Below are positions 37,545 to 49,930 of a DNA stretch of 64,000 nucleotides, piece after piece. Source of the stretch: Anthoceros angustus (Eukaryota > Plantae > Anthocerotophyta). The notes under the pieces were generated by a model. That model was not told the origin of the DNA and did no database searches. It saw only the letters and a list, made by a program, of their open reading frames with translations. The translations under genes and the position numbers were made by a program. Location of the stretch: the NCBI GenBank assembly GCA_010909165.1, contig VJWM01000044.1, positions 2,108,001 through 2,172,000 of the forward strand, written 5' to 3'. Positions within the stretch are counted from its first letter, which is position 1, and each line of letters begins with the position of its first letter.

Positions 37545-37796
37545 GCCAAATGGACACACATTTATAAGAACGCCGTGATTAAGCATCCTGAGCTTGGGTC
37601 GGTACTTAGATGGGGTGCCTAAAGGGAATGGATGCCCTTGGTGCAAGTAGCTTAGGCAACCATGGGGTGCCTAAAGGGAATGGATGCCCTTGGTGCAAGT
37701 AGCTTAGGCAACCATGGTACAAGTTGTTAAGTACCAAGTCCCATGACGGAAATCCGTCCTTAGTGGACTTCAATAAAATTCTTCTTCTTCTTCTTC
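37545..37796 (+). mobile_element. 5S-headed SINE-like element, copy 4 (52-bp internal tandem duplication)
   Basis: Same head, stem-loop, AATAAAA and (TTC)n tail. The ATGGGGTGCCTAAAGGGAA.. unit starts at 37610 and again at 37662. Confidence 0.88.
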
Positions 37797-38129
37797 CTTC
37801 CTGCAATTGTTAGATCTCGGTCGAACCAGGTCTGCCACAGGCCCCCTCCATATGTTTGCACTCCCACCTCCAGGAAACCCCTTTCCTGCTCTACCACAGA
37901 ACTCAAGATATTCTTTATTTGAGAACTCCATTTAGATGAGATGAATATCAACGATATGAGAACTCTTCTATTCGCCAGCTCCCACTCCATTCAACTTGTG
38001 TTGAATATCTTGAGATGAATCAATATTAGAGAACTCCATTTCGTTTGCTCAAAGCTCTGAGATGCCATGGCCCTGGTGGTTACATGGAGACAAAAGAGCC
38101 CTGGAAGAACGGCACGGTCCAAAATGCTA

Positions 38130-39356
38130 TCACCCCTCTCCGTCCTCCTGACCGTGGAGCAGATTCTGCGGGCGTCTTATACCCTGAGATCTGCGCAACT
38201 TACGTTTTCTGTCCTCACGCATGGGCCGGAGTATCTTTCTATCTAGCTTCACAGCGCCCACGATGGCGACGAGCGCAACGATTAGCAACACGGCTCCCCC
38301 GAGCAAGAGCCATGCCAGGATGCGGTGCCCAGGGCCAGCCACGATGTACGCAGCCGAGGTGAAAGCGATGACGGTGAAGATGGTGGCCACCCACACCAGG
38401 ATTTTGCCCTGCTGGTACAGCACGAAGGCGCCACGGTGAGACCGCGGCACCACGGACGTCAGGACGAGGATGGACAGGAGGGCCACGAACAGCGACATCC
38501 CGTTGGCCATGAAGAAGACCTTGAAGTCCAGGTTTCCCGCCAGGTTGGCTTTCCCGACGCTGCCGTCCTGCCGGATGCCTCCGGGAGGCTGCAACAGGGC
38601 GGCGAAGGAGAGGGTGGCGATGAGGGCGGCCACCACCACCACCGTGTTGGTGGCGCTGGAGTAGCCTTGCATGTGGAACTCCGGGTCGTACTCGCTGCTC
38701 TTGTACTTGCCCTCCCGCATGCGCGTCCGGATCCTGTCATGCCAGGACAGCAGCCTCCGCTTCACCCACGACCGGACCCTGCTGCCGTGGGAGGTGAGGG
38801 TCCGGGTGTCGTTGCTGCACCATGCCGTCTGCCCGGCCTCGGGGTCGGGCTCCACTTCGTTGTGGCTGGAGTGAGCTGAAGCAGATGCTTCTGCTTCCTG
38901 CTGCCTCATCTGCGCTCGCAGCTGCCTCATCAGCCTCCTCACTGCCGGGGTTCGCAGCAGCTCCATGATCAGGGCATTGTCTTCCCTGGAGTTCTGATCT
39001 GCAGGCCCGGGCATTGGTGTCAGCGATGCTATGGAACGTAGGAGGGGTACTTGGTGGGCGAAACGAAACCTGACCTGTGTAGCGGCTGGAATGTGAGCCC
39101 CCTGATTCCCTTGCAGAATGCGGGTCCTGGGAAGGCTCTGTGTGCTTGAAGCTCGACTCCTCCTTCCTGGCCATGGATTGTCCAACTGCTCAGGCCACAA
39201 GTCGTTGGTCCCAGTGACGCTTGGCTTCAGAGTGGCTCCACTGAGGCTTTTTGCCTTGAGACCACTCTGCCCGGATCGCTTCAAAGGCACGTTGTTCGAT
39301 GACGACTTCGATGCCGTCCACCCTGCTGGATGTCTCATGCCACGTGCGATCTCCAT
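38130..39356 (-). CDS. PGG-domain membrane protein without ankyrin repeats (start uncertain)
   Basis: NTVVVVAALIATLSFAALLQPPGG, FKVFFMANGMSLFVAL and four hydrophobic helices. The frame is open from 39548. Confidence 0.85.
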   Translation of the reverse strand: MEIARGMRHPAGWTASKSSSNNVPLKRSGQSGLKAKSLSGATLKPSVTGTNDLWPEQLDNPWPGRRSRASSTQSLPRTRILQGNQGAHIPAATQVRFRFAHQVPLLRSIASLTPMPGPADQNSREDNALIMELLRTPAVRRLMRQLRAQMRQQEAEASASAHSSHNEVEPDPEAGQTAWCSNDTRTLTSHGSRVRSWVKRRLLSWHDRIRTRMREGKYKSSEYDPEFHMQGYSSATNTVVVVAALIATLSFAALLQPPGGIRQDGSVGKANLAGNLDFKVFFMANGMSLFVALLSILVLTSVVPRSHRGAFVLYQQGKILVWVATIFTVIAFTSAAYIVAGPGHRILAWLLLGGAVLLIVALVAIVGAVKLDRKILRPMREDRKRKLRRSQGIRRPQNLLHGQEDGEG

Positions 39357-39629
39357 GTACTGTGCATAGTCTATCTCGTTCCGAAGTGCCTTGCTTAGGG
39401 GATTAAACGAACTTACAGATGCCCAATTGTGCATCGCATCCAGGAGAGAGCAAACCAAATTTGAAAACCATCTAGGAGAGACGCAAACCATCCGTGTGAG
39501 AGGCACGACTTCTGAATACAGTCCCAGTCCACTGTGACGAAAACTCAACTTAAACCGCCAGCGTCAACCCTCATGCTGGGTTGGAGTGAGGATTTTGTAT
39601 GAACAGCTTGGACTAGAAGATTGAGGAAC

Positions 39630-42290
39630 ATGGCGGACTCCAAAACCGTCGTGCAGCTTGCGGCTGGAGAGGCCCACACGCTCGCTCTCACAGGTACGTG
39701 GTACAGTAGGAGGTTTTACCTGGGTGCGGCAGGCAGTACAGACTCTGGCTGGCTGTTGCTTGGTCGAGCATCCACTGGAAAGTGCATGGGATGTGTGTTC
39801 ACTGAGTCTCTACTGTGCACTAGTCCAAACCGGGCCTTGAGTAGGTTCCGAATCTCGTTGTTGGCTGAGGGAAAGGCAGTAGTTCTCTTCTCTGGTGCTA
39901 GGGAGTTTGCACAGTGCCTTGTGGCAGCTATTGAAAGATGAAAGCTGATGCGTTTTTGGGTGTTCCTGGAAGCTCTTGTTGTTGCTCATTATGCAGTAGT
40001 CATTGTGGGTTTGTTTTCAAGTTGGTCCTCTTGTGGTCGTGGTCATGTCTAACATGTCTTGATGGTGATTTCAGCTGCAGGCTCTGTATATGCTTGGGGT
40101 AGAGGAATGTTCGGTAGGCTGGGTACTGGGAATGAAACGGACGAGTGTACGCCTGTCCACATGCTCCCCTTGCCTGAGTCGGGAGTTGAAGAGAGTGGTG
40201 AACTGGATGGAAGTGAACTGCAAGAGCAAGCCGTGCTTCAGCGAAACGGTGGCAGGGAACGCATGGTTGGAGTTGCAGCTGGGGCATACCACAGCCTATC
40301 GCTGGCTGGTAAGGTGGCCTGGTATTCTGTTTCTGTTTTAAAATTGAAACTGGGTTCATGAGTTGCTTCTTGAAGCTCATGAGGCTGCTGTTTGATAGCA
40401 GACGATGGGACGATCTGGTCTTGGGGCTACAATGCTTGTATCCAGTGCCTGTTGAGATTTTTGGCTTTCTGTTCTACATGCTTGGTTCTGCTGGAGACCT
40501 GTTATTTGCAACTTAGGGCATGTACTGACAGTGTGGCGTGAGGGACTCCTCCACTTCCTTGACAGGTGCACAGATGGTCAGCTTGGCCGGGAGGGACCAA
40601 CCTCAAAGCCATGCCGTGTAGAGATTTTGAGAAGGGACATGGTCAGCACAAGTGACGATCCTGAGCAGAATCACGCCTGTGATGAGAGGAAATCTGACAC
40701 CAGTGCAGTGAAGGTGAGGTGGCCATTGCCGTTCTCCCATCGCTACGAGTATGTGTATGTCTGACAGAAAATTCTTACAGATAGCGTGCAATTACACAGG
40801 CTGTTGCCGTTGAAGCTGGTGGCATGATGTCATGTGCTATCGACGAGGATGGTTGCCTGTGGCTGTGGGGTTCATGTCCCCTGTCACCAGATCCGGATGC
40901 TGAAGGACAGTTCTCTTGCTCAATCTTTGAGCACCCTGAACTTGTGCGAGGGCTGGGATATGGCGCACAGGTGTCCAAAGTCGCTTGTGGCAACGAGCAC
41001 ATACTGGCTCTGGTACGGCCCACGGCAGGTGCAAGCGATGCATGCTATGCATGGGGAAATAACAAGCATGGTCAGCTTGGGCTGGGACATAAAATTAGCA
41101 CGTCCCGCCCGCAGGTTGTGGCAGGTCTGGGAACTACACAAGCTGGGGGTGCTCTTATTGCATGCGGTGCCTTCCATAGTGTGATTGTTCCACCACCAGC
41201 TGTTTCTTCTAATGAGGTTGACATTTCTGGTGTTTCCCTTTGCTATACATTCGGGCTTGGTGAGAATGGTCAGCTTGGTCATGGAGTGGCAGTCAGCTCG
41301 TGGCTTCCGCAGCCTGTTCAGGGTCTTCCAAAAGCTGAGCCTGTAGTCGCAGTCGCTTGCGGACTCTTCCACACCAGTGTGGAGCTTCAGAATGGTGATA
41401 TCTGGGCTTGGGGCATGGAGGGTGGATTGGGGCTGTGTCCTGGGATTGGCATCAGCGGAGGTGATGCTCTTGCTCCTGTTCAGGTCTTCCGCAAGAGGAC
41501 CCCTTCCTGTGCTGTTGCAGATGGCAGAAGTGATGTGCACAGAAGAAGCAGAAGCAGCAGGCAACTTGTTTGTGGTGCAGCCCACACCATGTCCTTGGAC
41601 TGCAAGGGGCTAGTCATGTGGGCTTGGGGTCGAGGCCAGCATGGAGCCCTGGGCAATGGGCAGTTTGCAGATAGCTGGGTTCCTTGTCAGGTGATTTGGC
41701 CGCCCTCTGCACCAGATGCAGCTGATGAGTTAGATGCTGAGCCTGCACTTGTCGAGCCCTTGCCAGGCAGTGATAATAGGCAAGTGACCAGCTCAGCACA
41801 GGTTACCGACTCTCGGTACGCTGAGGCCTTGCGGGAGATCCAGGCACTCAGATCATATGCCAAAATGCTGGAGCAAGCAATATTTGGTCGTGGAGTTCCT
41901 CCAGGCCACCAGGCCCTTGACACCAGTAGCAGCACTAAACCGTTCTTGGATGACGCCTCGTCTGCAGAGCCATCTGCGCAGCGGCTATTGAAGGACTGGG
42001 AGCAGACGATTGAGATGGTAGGCGATCAAGAGCTTGCCCAACTAGAGGCCTTCTATCGTTCTATGCGCTCAAAAGTGAAAGACGTTGCACTCCTTCGGAA
42101 GACGCAGACATGGTGCAGGCTATTTCTCGAAAATAGTAGGAAAAGCGATAACGTCCAGCAGCATCATGTCTCCCAGCCTGGTACGATGCCTTACAATTCT
42201 GCAGGAGGTTCGGAGCACAGTTACTCGCACTCTAAACCTTACACCTCGCAGGAGCTGAATGCTCTGTCGCAGAAGCTGAGAATGTTATGA
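39630..42290 (+). CDS. RCC1-repeat (UVR8-like family) protein with C-terminal helical region, 5 or more exons
   Basis: QLAAGEAHTLALTG, YAWGRGMFGRLG, AAGAYHSL, WGYN..GQLG, VACGNEHILAL, IACGAFHS and LVCGAAHT. The 3' end may splice further, to about 42380 or beyond. Confidence 0.92.
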
Positions 42291-44778
42291 GGAAGCTATG
42301 TCAGACGCCGCTCAGGATCAAGTATCGGCCAAACGTGGGGTCCTCCTTCCCCGGTCCCGATGTACCTAGTAGCAACCACATGAGGCCCGTTTAGTACGGC
42401 TGTGTTAGGACTCTCAGCTCATACTCCAGTGTCCCACCCTCTCTGGGCGAAGCGCTTTCAGAGCCGCTCATTGCGTCCTCTTCGGTCTTGGAAGAACGGC
42501 ACGCAGCATATCCAGGCTGTACAGTTCCACCGTCTCACCCGACCCCATTCTACCCGTGTCTGACAGCCTGACATCTTTGCAACCTTCGTGTCTTGGCTTC
42601 ACGCTGCGGCCTGAAGAACTTCCTATGCACCTCCACTCCGCCTACGATGAGGATGGACTGGAAGGCCACGAAGAGCGCCATCAGGGGGCGGGCAGGATAG
42701 GCCCCAGCAACAAGCAAGGGCGCTATGAGACTGCAGGTGACCTTCGGCAACTTCTATGTGAAGCTGGGCGGGTAGAAGTCTCCAACCATAGACCTGGGTC
42801 AGCCCAGAAGGGTAAGCTCCGGGTTACAAATGATCCCTGCCCTTTCAGGCGAAGTCTCACTGGCTGGCCTTAGGTGGACACAATTCACTAGGATGCCAAT
42901 TTTTGCATCGGGCGGAGCGGCAAGGGCTCCATCTTCCTAGCGGCAGGGAAAAATCAACAAACATTTCTGGAAACCCTCCATGACCATTTCAGATCGTTTA
43001 AATGTTCCTCTAGTTTCATGCGATCCCGAGTGTTCACCTTGCTAAGCTATGCATTGACACCCCCGATGTGGGGGAGCTTAGTTTGCAAGCTCTTGTTTCT
43101 TCGCTGTGTCGTCTACCCATGTCCGGATGCACAACAAAATTGTCGCCCTGGTGGTTGGCATGCTTTGACATGGAGACAAATAAGCTATGTATGCATGTAC
43201 GGACGCTCTGTCGGCCATCTCAAGCATTCAGAGAGTGTAAGCCATAAAAGTCCTCGGACAAACGTCGAGGAGCAGTTTCCGATGACATAGAACCCTTTGT
43301 GGGATTTTTAAACTGTAATTGTCATCACATATGACATATCTTGACTCGCCATCGTGCAACTTCACATTGCCACGATGGTAGGTAGTCTAGGTCCTTCCAA
43401 TCCACAGTTTAGACAAATGGGAGGGTAGGAGATTTTCCGTGCGGTGTTGATGGAGCATAGTCTCCGCCGTCCGGCATAGAGATCCTTTGAGGGTTTTCCT
43501 CCCCTCTGATTCTTAAGCTTTACACGATGTGCATATACATAATCATAAGGCATAGTCCCTTCTCCTGTGCTGCGCTAAGGAGACTAGTCTGACAACACGT
43601 TTGAAGCTTTCCCAAATGAGTCCGTTCAAGCAAGGCGTCAGCCATGCATGGCCTTCTTCCTCAGCAACAGCCTTGCTCGCAGTCATTGACAATTGATGCA
43701 AACGGCAAGGAATGTTCTGAGTTGAACATTCCTTGCTATTTACACTTGACTGCGAGGCTGAGCCATGAGGGCAGTCAATTTAAAACACCTCGAATCTCAC
43801 CTGCACTGTGCTGCCGGTAGCTGCTAAGCTCGCATGGAATCTCAGATGAAGATGACGCTGGTCTCTCTTGGAAGAGTGGCGTCCATTGCCCATTCCTGTG
43901 GCCACTGAAAGTCCCGGCCACACGCGGCTAAGCTTTACACCAGGCTCACTCAGTGCTCAGTGACGTAAAGAGGTCCAATCGGGAACGGTTAGCCCAAGAA
44001 TCTCCAGCTATCGATCATATCCGGTGACAAGAAATCTGTGTTCCAAGAGCGCTCTTTCTATTTTTACTCGTTCTTGGCTTCCTGCTTCCTACTTGCCAAT
44101 GTCCCGTTGCGTTGTCCCGCGGGGGGTGGAGAAGAGTCGACCGGATTCTCCCTGAGCTGCATCAATAGGCTAGGCTCAACATTCTCTCCTCGCACTCAGC
44201 GTGAGCAAATCACGATGTGAGAACATGCTGGAGAAGACTGGGGGAACCTCACGTTGCAAGCTTACGCCTTGTGTGTACACGTCACAAAGATTGCGATCGG
44301 GAATGTGACAAAATTGGGAGACACGAATGTTGGCGACGGAGATGCCGTTCCAACAGCACCGGAGGCAGCTTTGCAAACACGAGTTTGGGCTACAGTAAAT
44401 GGAAGTTGGGTTAGTGGATGAGCTGCGGCCCGACTGTCTGTCGATGTGGACGATGCTTGCATTGCTGGAATAGCAAACGTGCCTGTGGGAGGAGAAAAAA
44501 TGCTAGGCGATGTAGCTAGCGGAATCCTTGCCCCAGTACAAGCACAAGGCGCCAAAAACAGTGTAAAGCTTGGACAGCATACCGGTCATGCATGGCCGAT
44601 TCAACGAATGCATCCTACAAATTGGAGGCAGGTGACTTTCACAAGCTGACAGCTTAGATGCACACCGGCCTGGGCGTGGATAGCCTACAGTAGAGGTAGC
44701 CTGTAGGTAGAAACAGGGGAGTCAGGAATCGAAGGAGGGAGGGCCCGGGAGGCTGCAGACTCCGATCGTCCAGCGGGT

Positions 44779-45986
44779 ATGGATCGACCTCAAGAGTTCG
44801 GTTTGATGTCAGAATCCAACCCCGGGCGTGCGGATTCTGCACCTCATCGGGCCGCTCTGGAGCTGGCCGGGACGGAGGCCCACGGGAGATCACAGCAATT
44901 CAATGACTGGGAGCAAGAACTGGCCAGCAGGCCGGATCTTGAGGAAGTGGAAGGCTGGCAGCATTTCTTGGCAAACAAGATCAAAAGGGATACGGGAATG
45001 GAAGTGCAATGGAGGAAAGAACATGGAGATCACCTGCATATGGTACCTCCATCCAGAGTGTTGAACTCAATTGTGCACTAGTTTGTATGTCGATGCATTT
45101 GGTGACCCGAAATTGACCCAATTCTGGAAAATGGGTGGCAGGCAAAGGCTTTGCACCAGGCCAACTTGGTGAAACGAATCCAGTACTACATTGCATCCGA
45201 CAGTCGTTCTGTCTATGGAGTTTTTGATTTTGGAAGGTAAGAGTCTCATCTCAACAAGCGACAATTCTGCTCGTCGTTGCGTTCAATTACGCTAAAGTGC
45301 GGCGTGGCATTCTTGACAGTGAGCTCGTGTCAATCCCTGGCGTTCTCCATGGAGGCGCTCAGTTCATGGCTTTTGACGAAACCTGTGGCCAGCTGGGTGA
45401 GAGCTACTGTCTTTTTACTGTTGAAGATGACATGAATTTGCTCTGATGGTTTTGGGTCCGGTAGGAAGGAAGTCTGGCTTCAACCTAAGCTCTCCTTCCA
45501 ATGCAGCATTTCTGGTGCTGCCTGGTGGCTGCGTAACAGTACAAACTGACATCAAATTCTGCAAGGTATTGTTTGGCTTGGTGCCTGTTCCTAGTTTCTG
45601 ACGATCTTCCGATCACGGCAATGTTAAGTAAAGCAAAGCTTGTCGGCCGCTGCAGCCTTTCCCAGCAGGTAAAGCTAAGGCTGTCATCACAGCAGTGGTA
45701 GAAAAAGTGGAGGGCCGAAAGGTAAGAAACGCGCGCAGCCTGCACCCTGCACCCTGCACCCTGCACTTGCTTTGATTTTGCACGAAGATTGCATCGTGAC
45801 AGACACAGACGTGTCACAAGGCTACTGATGCAGTGAGGTGTGCTGCTTTCACAGGCAGTCTTGAAGGCTGCTCTCCGAGATGGTCCTGCGGGGAACGTTT
45901 ACTCTGAAGTGACCATGACCTATGTGAAGCTGTCTTCCAAATACCAAGGAACTCACGTTCATTTGCAGCTGAGGGCCAGATTGTAA
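44779..45986 (+). CDS. Hot-dog-fold acyl-CoA thioesterase (THEM4/PaaI-like), about 6 exons; one apparent 1-bp shift at 45890
   Basis: YGVFDFG, IPGVLHGGAQFMAFDETCG, VTVQTDIKFCK|PFPAG..VITAVVEKVEGRK|AVLKAALRD and NVYSEVTMTYVKL, with canonical splice sites. Confidence 0.8.
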
Positions 45987-47235
45987 TGCTGGCGTCCTAC
46001 TGGCAGAATTTGGATACTTCTTCCTCGATTGCGCATGCCATTGGAACCAAACAGGGCAGCTCGAACTTTGAAGGGGCAACTGACTGCAGATGTCTGTTCC
46101 ATGAACTGCACGTGCCTACTGCTCATAAACGAGACACTCTACTGTATGTATGTATGTGCATCCCCCAAGTTTCAAGGTTTCAAGCTTGTGGTCGGTGTGC
46201 ATAGTGGTGCCAGGTACATAATTCGCTACATCCGGAAGTCCAGCAGCTCGGCGAATGGAAGCGCACCCACATAACGACTGCCTCTCTTTTTTATTTCCAG
46301 AATACAAATAGAGAACTTCCGAAGTACAAAATCTACTCCAATATGCTTCCCAGTCGATGTGAACACGAATTTGGAAGAGCCTGTGCCCAAGGTGCTCTAG
46401 TACTGGAGTTTGCAATAAAGTGTGCAGAGTCTTCCACGACCTACTCGATCGTGGAACGCCGACCAACTGAATAAACAATGAAGTGAACCCTGTCAAGGGA
46501 TGGTGGTGAACATGTTTGACCACCAAAACACGTGAACCAATAACGACAGGCAGATATCTGCTTCCTGAGCCTCCCTTAGCATTCTTCCGGTTTGAACGTG
46601 TACAGTGAACACAATCCTTCAGCTGTGGACATCTGCTTTGCTGCACACTTCAGTGGCTCATGCCTTGTCAGTCACGTCAAGATGGTTGTCCATAAAAACT
46701 TACAGAGGGCACTGAGATCTCCGTGCCAGTTACTCCAGGAACAGTGGGGACGGGAAGGCTTGGGAGATCTTACATCATGAGAAGAGCTGAGTTAGTGGTT
46801 CTCAAATCATAGCCTGAGAGCCCACGTCAGTCAGCTGGACGATTCTAACTACGTGCCCGACATGCCAGGGTTTCACCCACAAAGCTGTACCGCGTTCTTG
46901 GTTTGTGCTTCAGAATCTGGGGACAGGAAACACGTAGCTTATCATGGCAGTGAACCAACGATACAAGACCTGTCAAGTATGTAGTGGACAGCAAGTAGAG
47001 TTGACCACCTCAATGTAAGGCGCCATGACAGCTTGGGTTCCACTCCTGGACACTCTGTTCCAAAGTAGCCTCCATACAAACTGCCTATGAAGTGATCATG
47101 GCCGCACCAAAACCTTAACTCCCTCACTTATCTGAAAAGAGAGAGGTCTTCAGAAAACACAATGCACACAGGAACGTCCCCCGAAGTTTCTTTTCACACT
47201 GCTTTCCATGAGCAGGTATGCCAGCACCCCTACTG

Positions 47236-49404
47236 CTAGTCATTGCTAACAGGAACATGGCACAGCTTCACCTCTGCCGACCTCTGAAGCGGTAGCGAAC
47301 TCCAGGTTGAAAGAACAGGAGAACTGGGGAACAGAACGGTTGGCAACCGCTCACTCTCCACAAGGTCTGGGAAGTCTACAGTATAGTGCAAACCCCGACT
47401 TTCTTGCCTGGCCAGGGCGCTACTAACTACAAGATGGGAAACAGAGATCAAGTTCCTCATCTCACAAACCTCCACGCACACCATACTTGCGTTCCAGCAC
47501 ATTTGACAAAGATAGGCCTCCCAATCAAGCTCCAGCTCAATCAACTTGGTTTGAGCAATTTTTAGCCGTTCAGTGGAACGGACAATGCCCACATAGCTCC
47601 ACATAATCTGCTGTAGCTCCTTTCTCTTTTCGACTGTGAACTGGAGGACTTCCTCAAAGGTAGGGTGATCTGAGGATGTTGCAACAACTGGACGAGGCCA
47701 CTCATTTGTTGCACTGTTGCCATCCGTGTCCCCGGGTGAATCCCGTCTTTGTTGCACGTAAGCTATCGATGGCTCCACTGCCCTCTGAGCAAACACAAGT
47801 GCTTCTAGCAAGGAGTTGCTGGCAAGCCGATTTGCACCGTGCAGACCAGTGCATGTGACCTCGCCTGCTGCATAGAGGCCCCCGATAGATGTCTCCCCAC
47901 TTAGATCTGTCTGAACACCACCACACATGTAGTGTGCGGCAGGCACCACAGGAATCGGGTGCTTCGTTATGTCAAGGCCACATTTCAGACACTCGGCAGC
48001 AATATTGGGAAAATGAGAGTAAATCTCCTCCTTCGGTTTATGACTGATGTCCAAGTAAACAAACTTTTCTCCTCGCTTCTTCAACTGGTCGTCAATGCTG
48101 CGGGCAACCACATCTCTAGGAGCAAGTTCGGCACGGGGATCATAGAGAGGCATGAATCTTTCCATTGCCTGGTTGTAGAGGATGCCTCCAGCACCCCTCA
48201 CAGCTTCAGTGATAAGAAAGGAATTTTCTCTAGATGACTTGATGGGCAACCCCTCATCAGCCAAGGCAGTGGGATGGAATTGTACAAACTCCATATTGGA
48301 GACAACAGCATGTGCACGATGAGCCAAAGCAACACCATCACCGGTAGCAACCAGAGGATTCGTCGTACTAGGATAGATGTGGCCAGCGCCTCCAGAAGCC
48401 AACATAGTCACTCCAGCCATGAACCTTACCACCTGCTGAGACCTAGTGTCCAAGGCATCCAAGCCACAGCAGGTCACATTTACCCCATCCTGACGTGTGA
48501 GCAGATCCAGGACAAAATGATGCTCAAACATCCTAATATTGGCATTCGATCGCACAGCTGTCAAGAGCGCCCTCTCAATCTCTCTCCCTGTCATGTCCGC
48601 CGAGTGCACTATCCGGTGATGAGAATGACCACCTTCTCTTGCAAGGTGCAGCTGCCCGTCTTCACTTTGGTCAAACAAAGCTCCCATTTCCATCAACTCT
48701 TTCACACGCTCCGGCCCCTCCCTGCAAACAACTTCCACAGTTTCCTCATCGCACAGGAATGCCCCTGCAACCATAGTATCCCTGATATGATTCTCCACCG
48801 AGTCTGCAGGATCTAGAACCGCACTAACTCCACCCTGTGCATAGTTGGTATTGCTCTCATGAGGCTCAGACTTTGTGACTATTGCGACAGTCCCATATTT
48901 TGCTACTTCAAGCGAGTACCTGAGACCCGCCACTCCACTCCCTACCACCACAAAATCGAAGTCCTCTGTCCTGTCACCGCTAGATTCGCCAACAGCTTCA
49001 TCCCTGTTCACAAAACCACCTTAAGTCACACACCCAAACGACAACAAGCCTTGTTCCGCAAGCAATCGAATCAACAATATTGACGATAACAACAGAGTGA
49101 ACTTGCCCAAGCGCTGAAGCCGTCGGACGTCTCACGGCACGAGTCTGAGCACGAGCAAAGGTCCTGGATACCGCCACCAGCGTCTGCTCCACCGTGAAGG
49201 AAAAAAAAAACCATGCCACCCAAACTTTCAATATCCGCCGCATCGGACGCGAAAACACAGATCTCAGAGCGCAAACTTGCAACTCACCCGAAGATCCTTC
49301 CACAACGCCTCGGGTCCGACTTCCAAGTACTTGACATCCTGCACCAAAACAGCGTCAGGCCAGGCCGCGGCAACCGTGCGGGACGGCGACGCAGATTCCT
49401 GCAT
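47236..49404 (-). CDS. AO: L-aspartate oxidase, plastid (NAD biosynthesis); catalytic exon 47236-49020, N-terminal exons uncertain
   Basis: FVVVGSGVAG, NTNYAQGGV, REGGHSHHRIVH, EFVQFHPT, ELAPRDVVARSI, AAHYMCGGV, GLHGANRLASNSLLE and ESRGLHY. Confidence 0.95.
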
Positions 49405-49930
49405 CCTCACCTTCAGCAGCAAGAAGTTGCGCACACGATCCCCGCGGCGGGGCTTCAAGGATTTGCCTGCTCACACCAATCACCAAACGAAGCAAGCGCG
49501 AATTGAGAATCGCACCTGAGACAGAAAAACGCAAGCAACAACAAACAAATCAACCGATCCTCGCCACCAATTCTGTACCGGACAAAGCTGAAGAGCAAAC
49601 AAAGGCCAGCTTCAAGCTCGCCATCACAGCACAGCACTGCGCGGCTCGCCCCGCGCCCGACCAGAGGTGCCGCTGGCGGATCCCGCCTTGCCACACACCA
49701 AGCGCTGAGAAAGGCAGCCGAGTTTCTCAGCACAGCACTTGACACCGTTGGAACGTTGGAACGTTCCCCACCAAGAATGTCAAGACCCGGTGGCGGACAC
49801 TTCACAGCCGTTTTTCTATATTGTCACGGTACCCGTGAAGGATAAAGTTGTTCCCATTAACCGAACATTCAGCACGCCGTTTTAATCAGGATGACAGAAG
49901 CCGGGTTGCGCCTGGATCGTTGCTGCCGCC

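Noticed and set aside
43000-44650. Possible exon fragments on either strand (e.g. ISYPPICLNCG; TKIAIGNVTKLGD)
   Set aside because: They could not be assembled into a gene or assigned to a family.
46100-46650. 176-aa minus-strand ORF
   Set aside because: Non-ATG start and no motif. Splice-like signals here point to the plus strand, probably the thioesterase 3' UTR.
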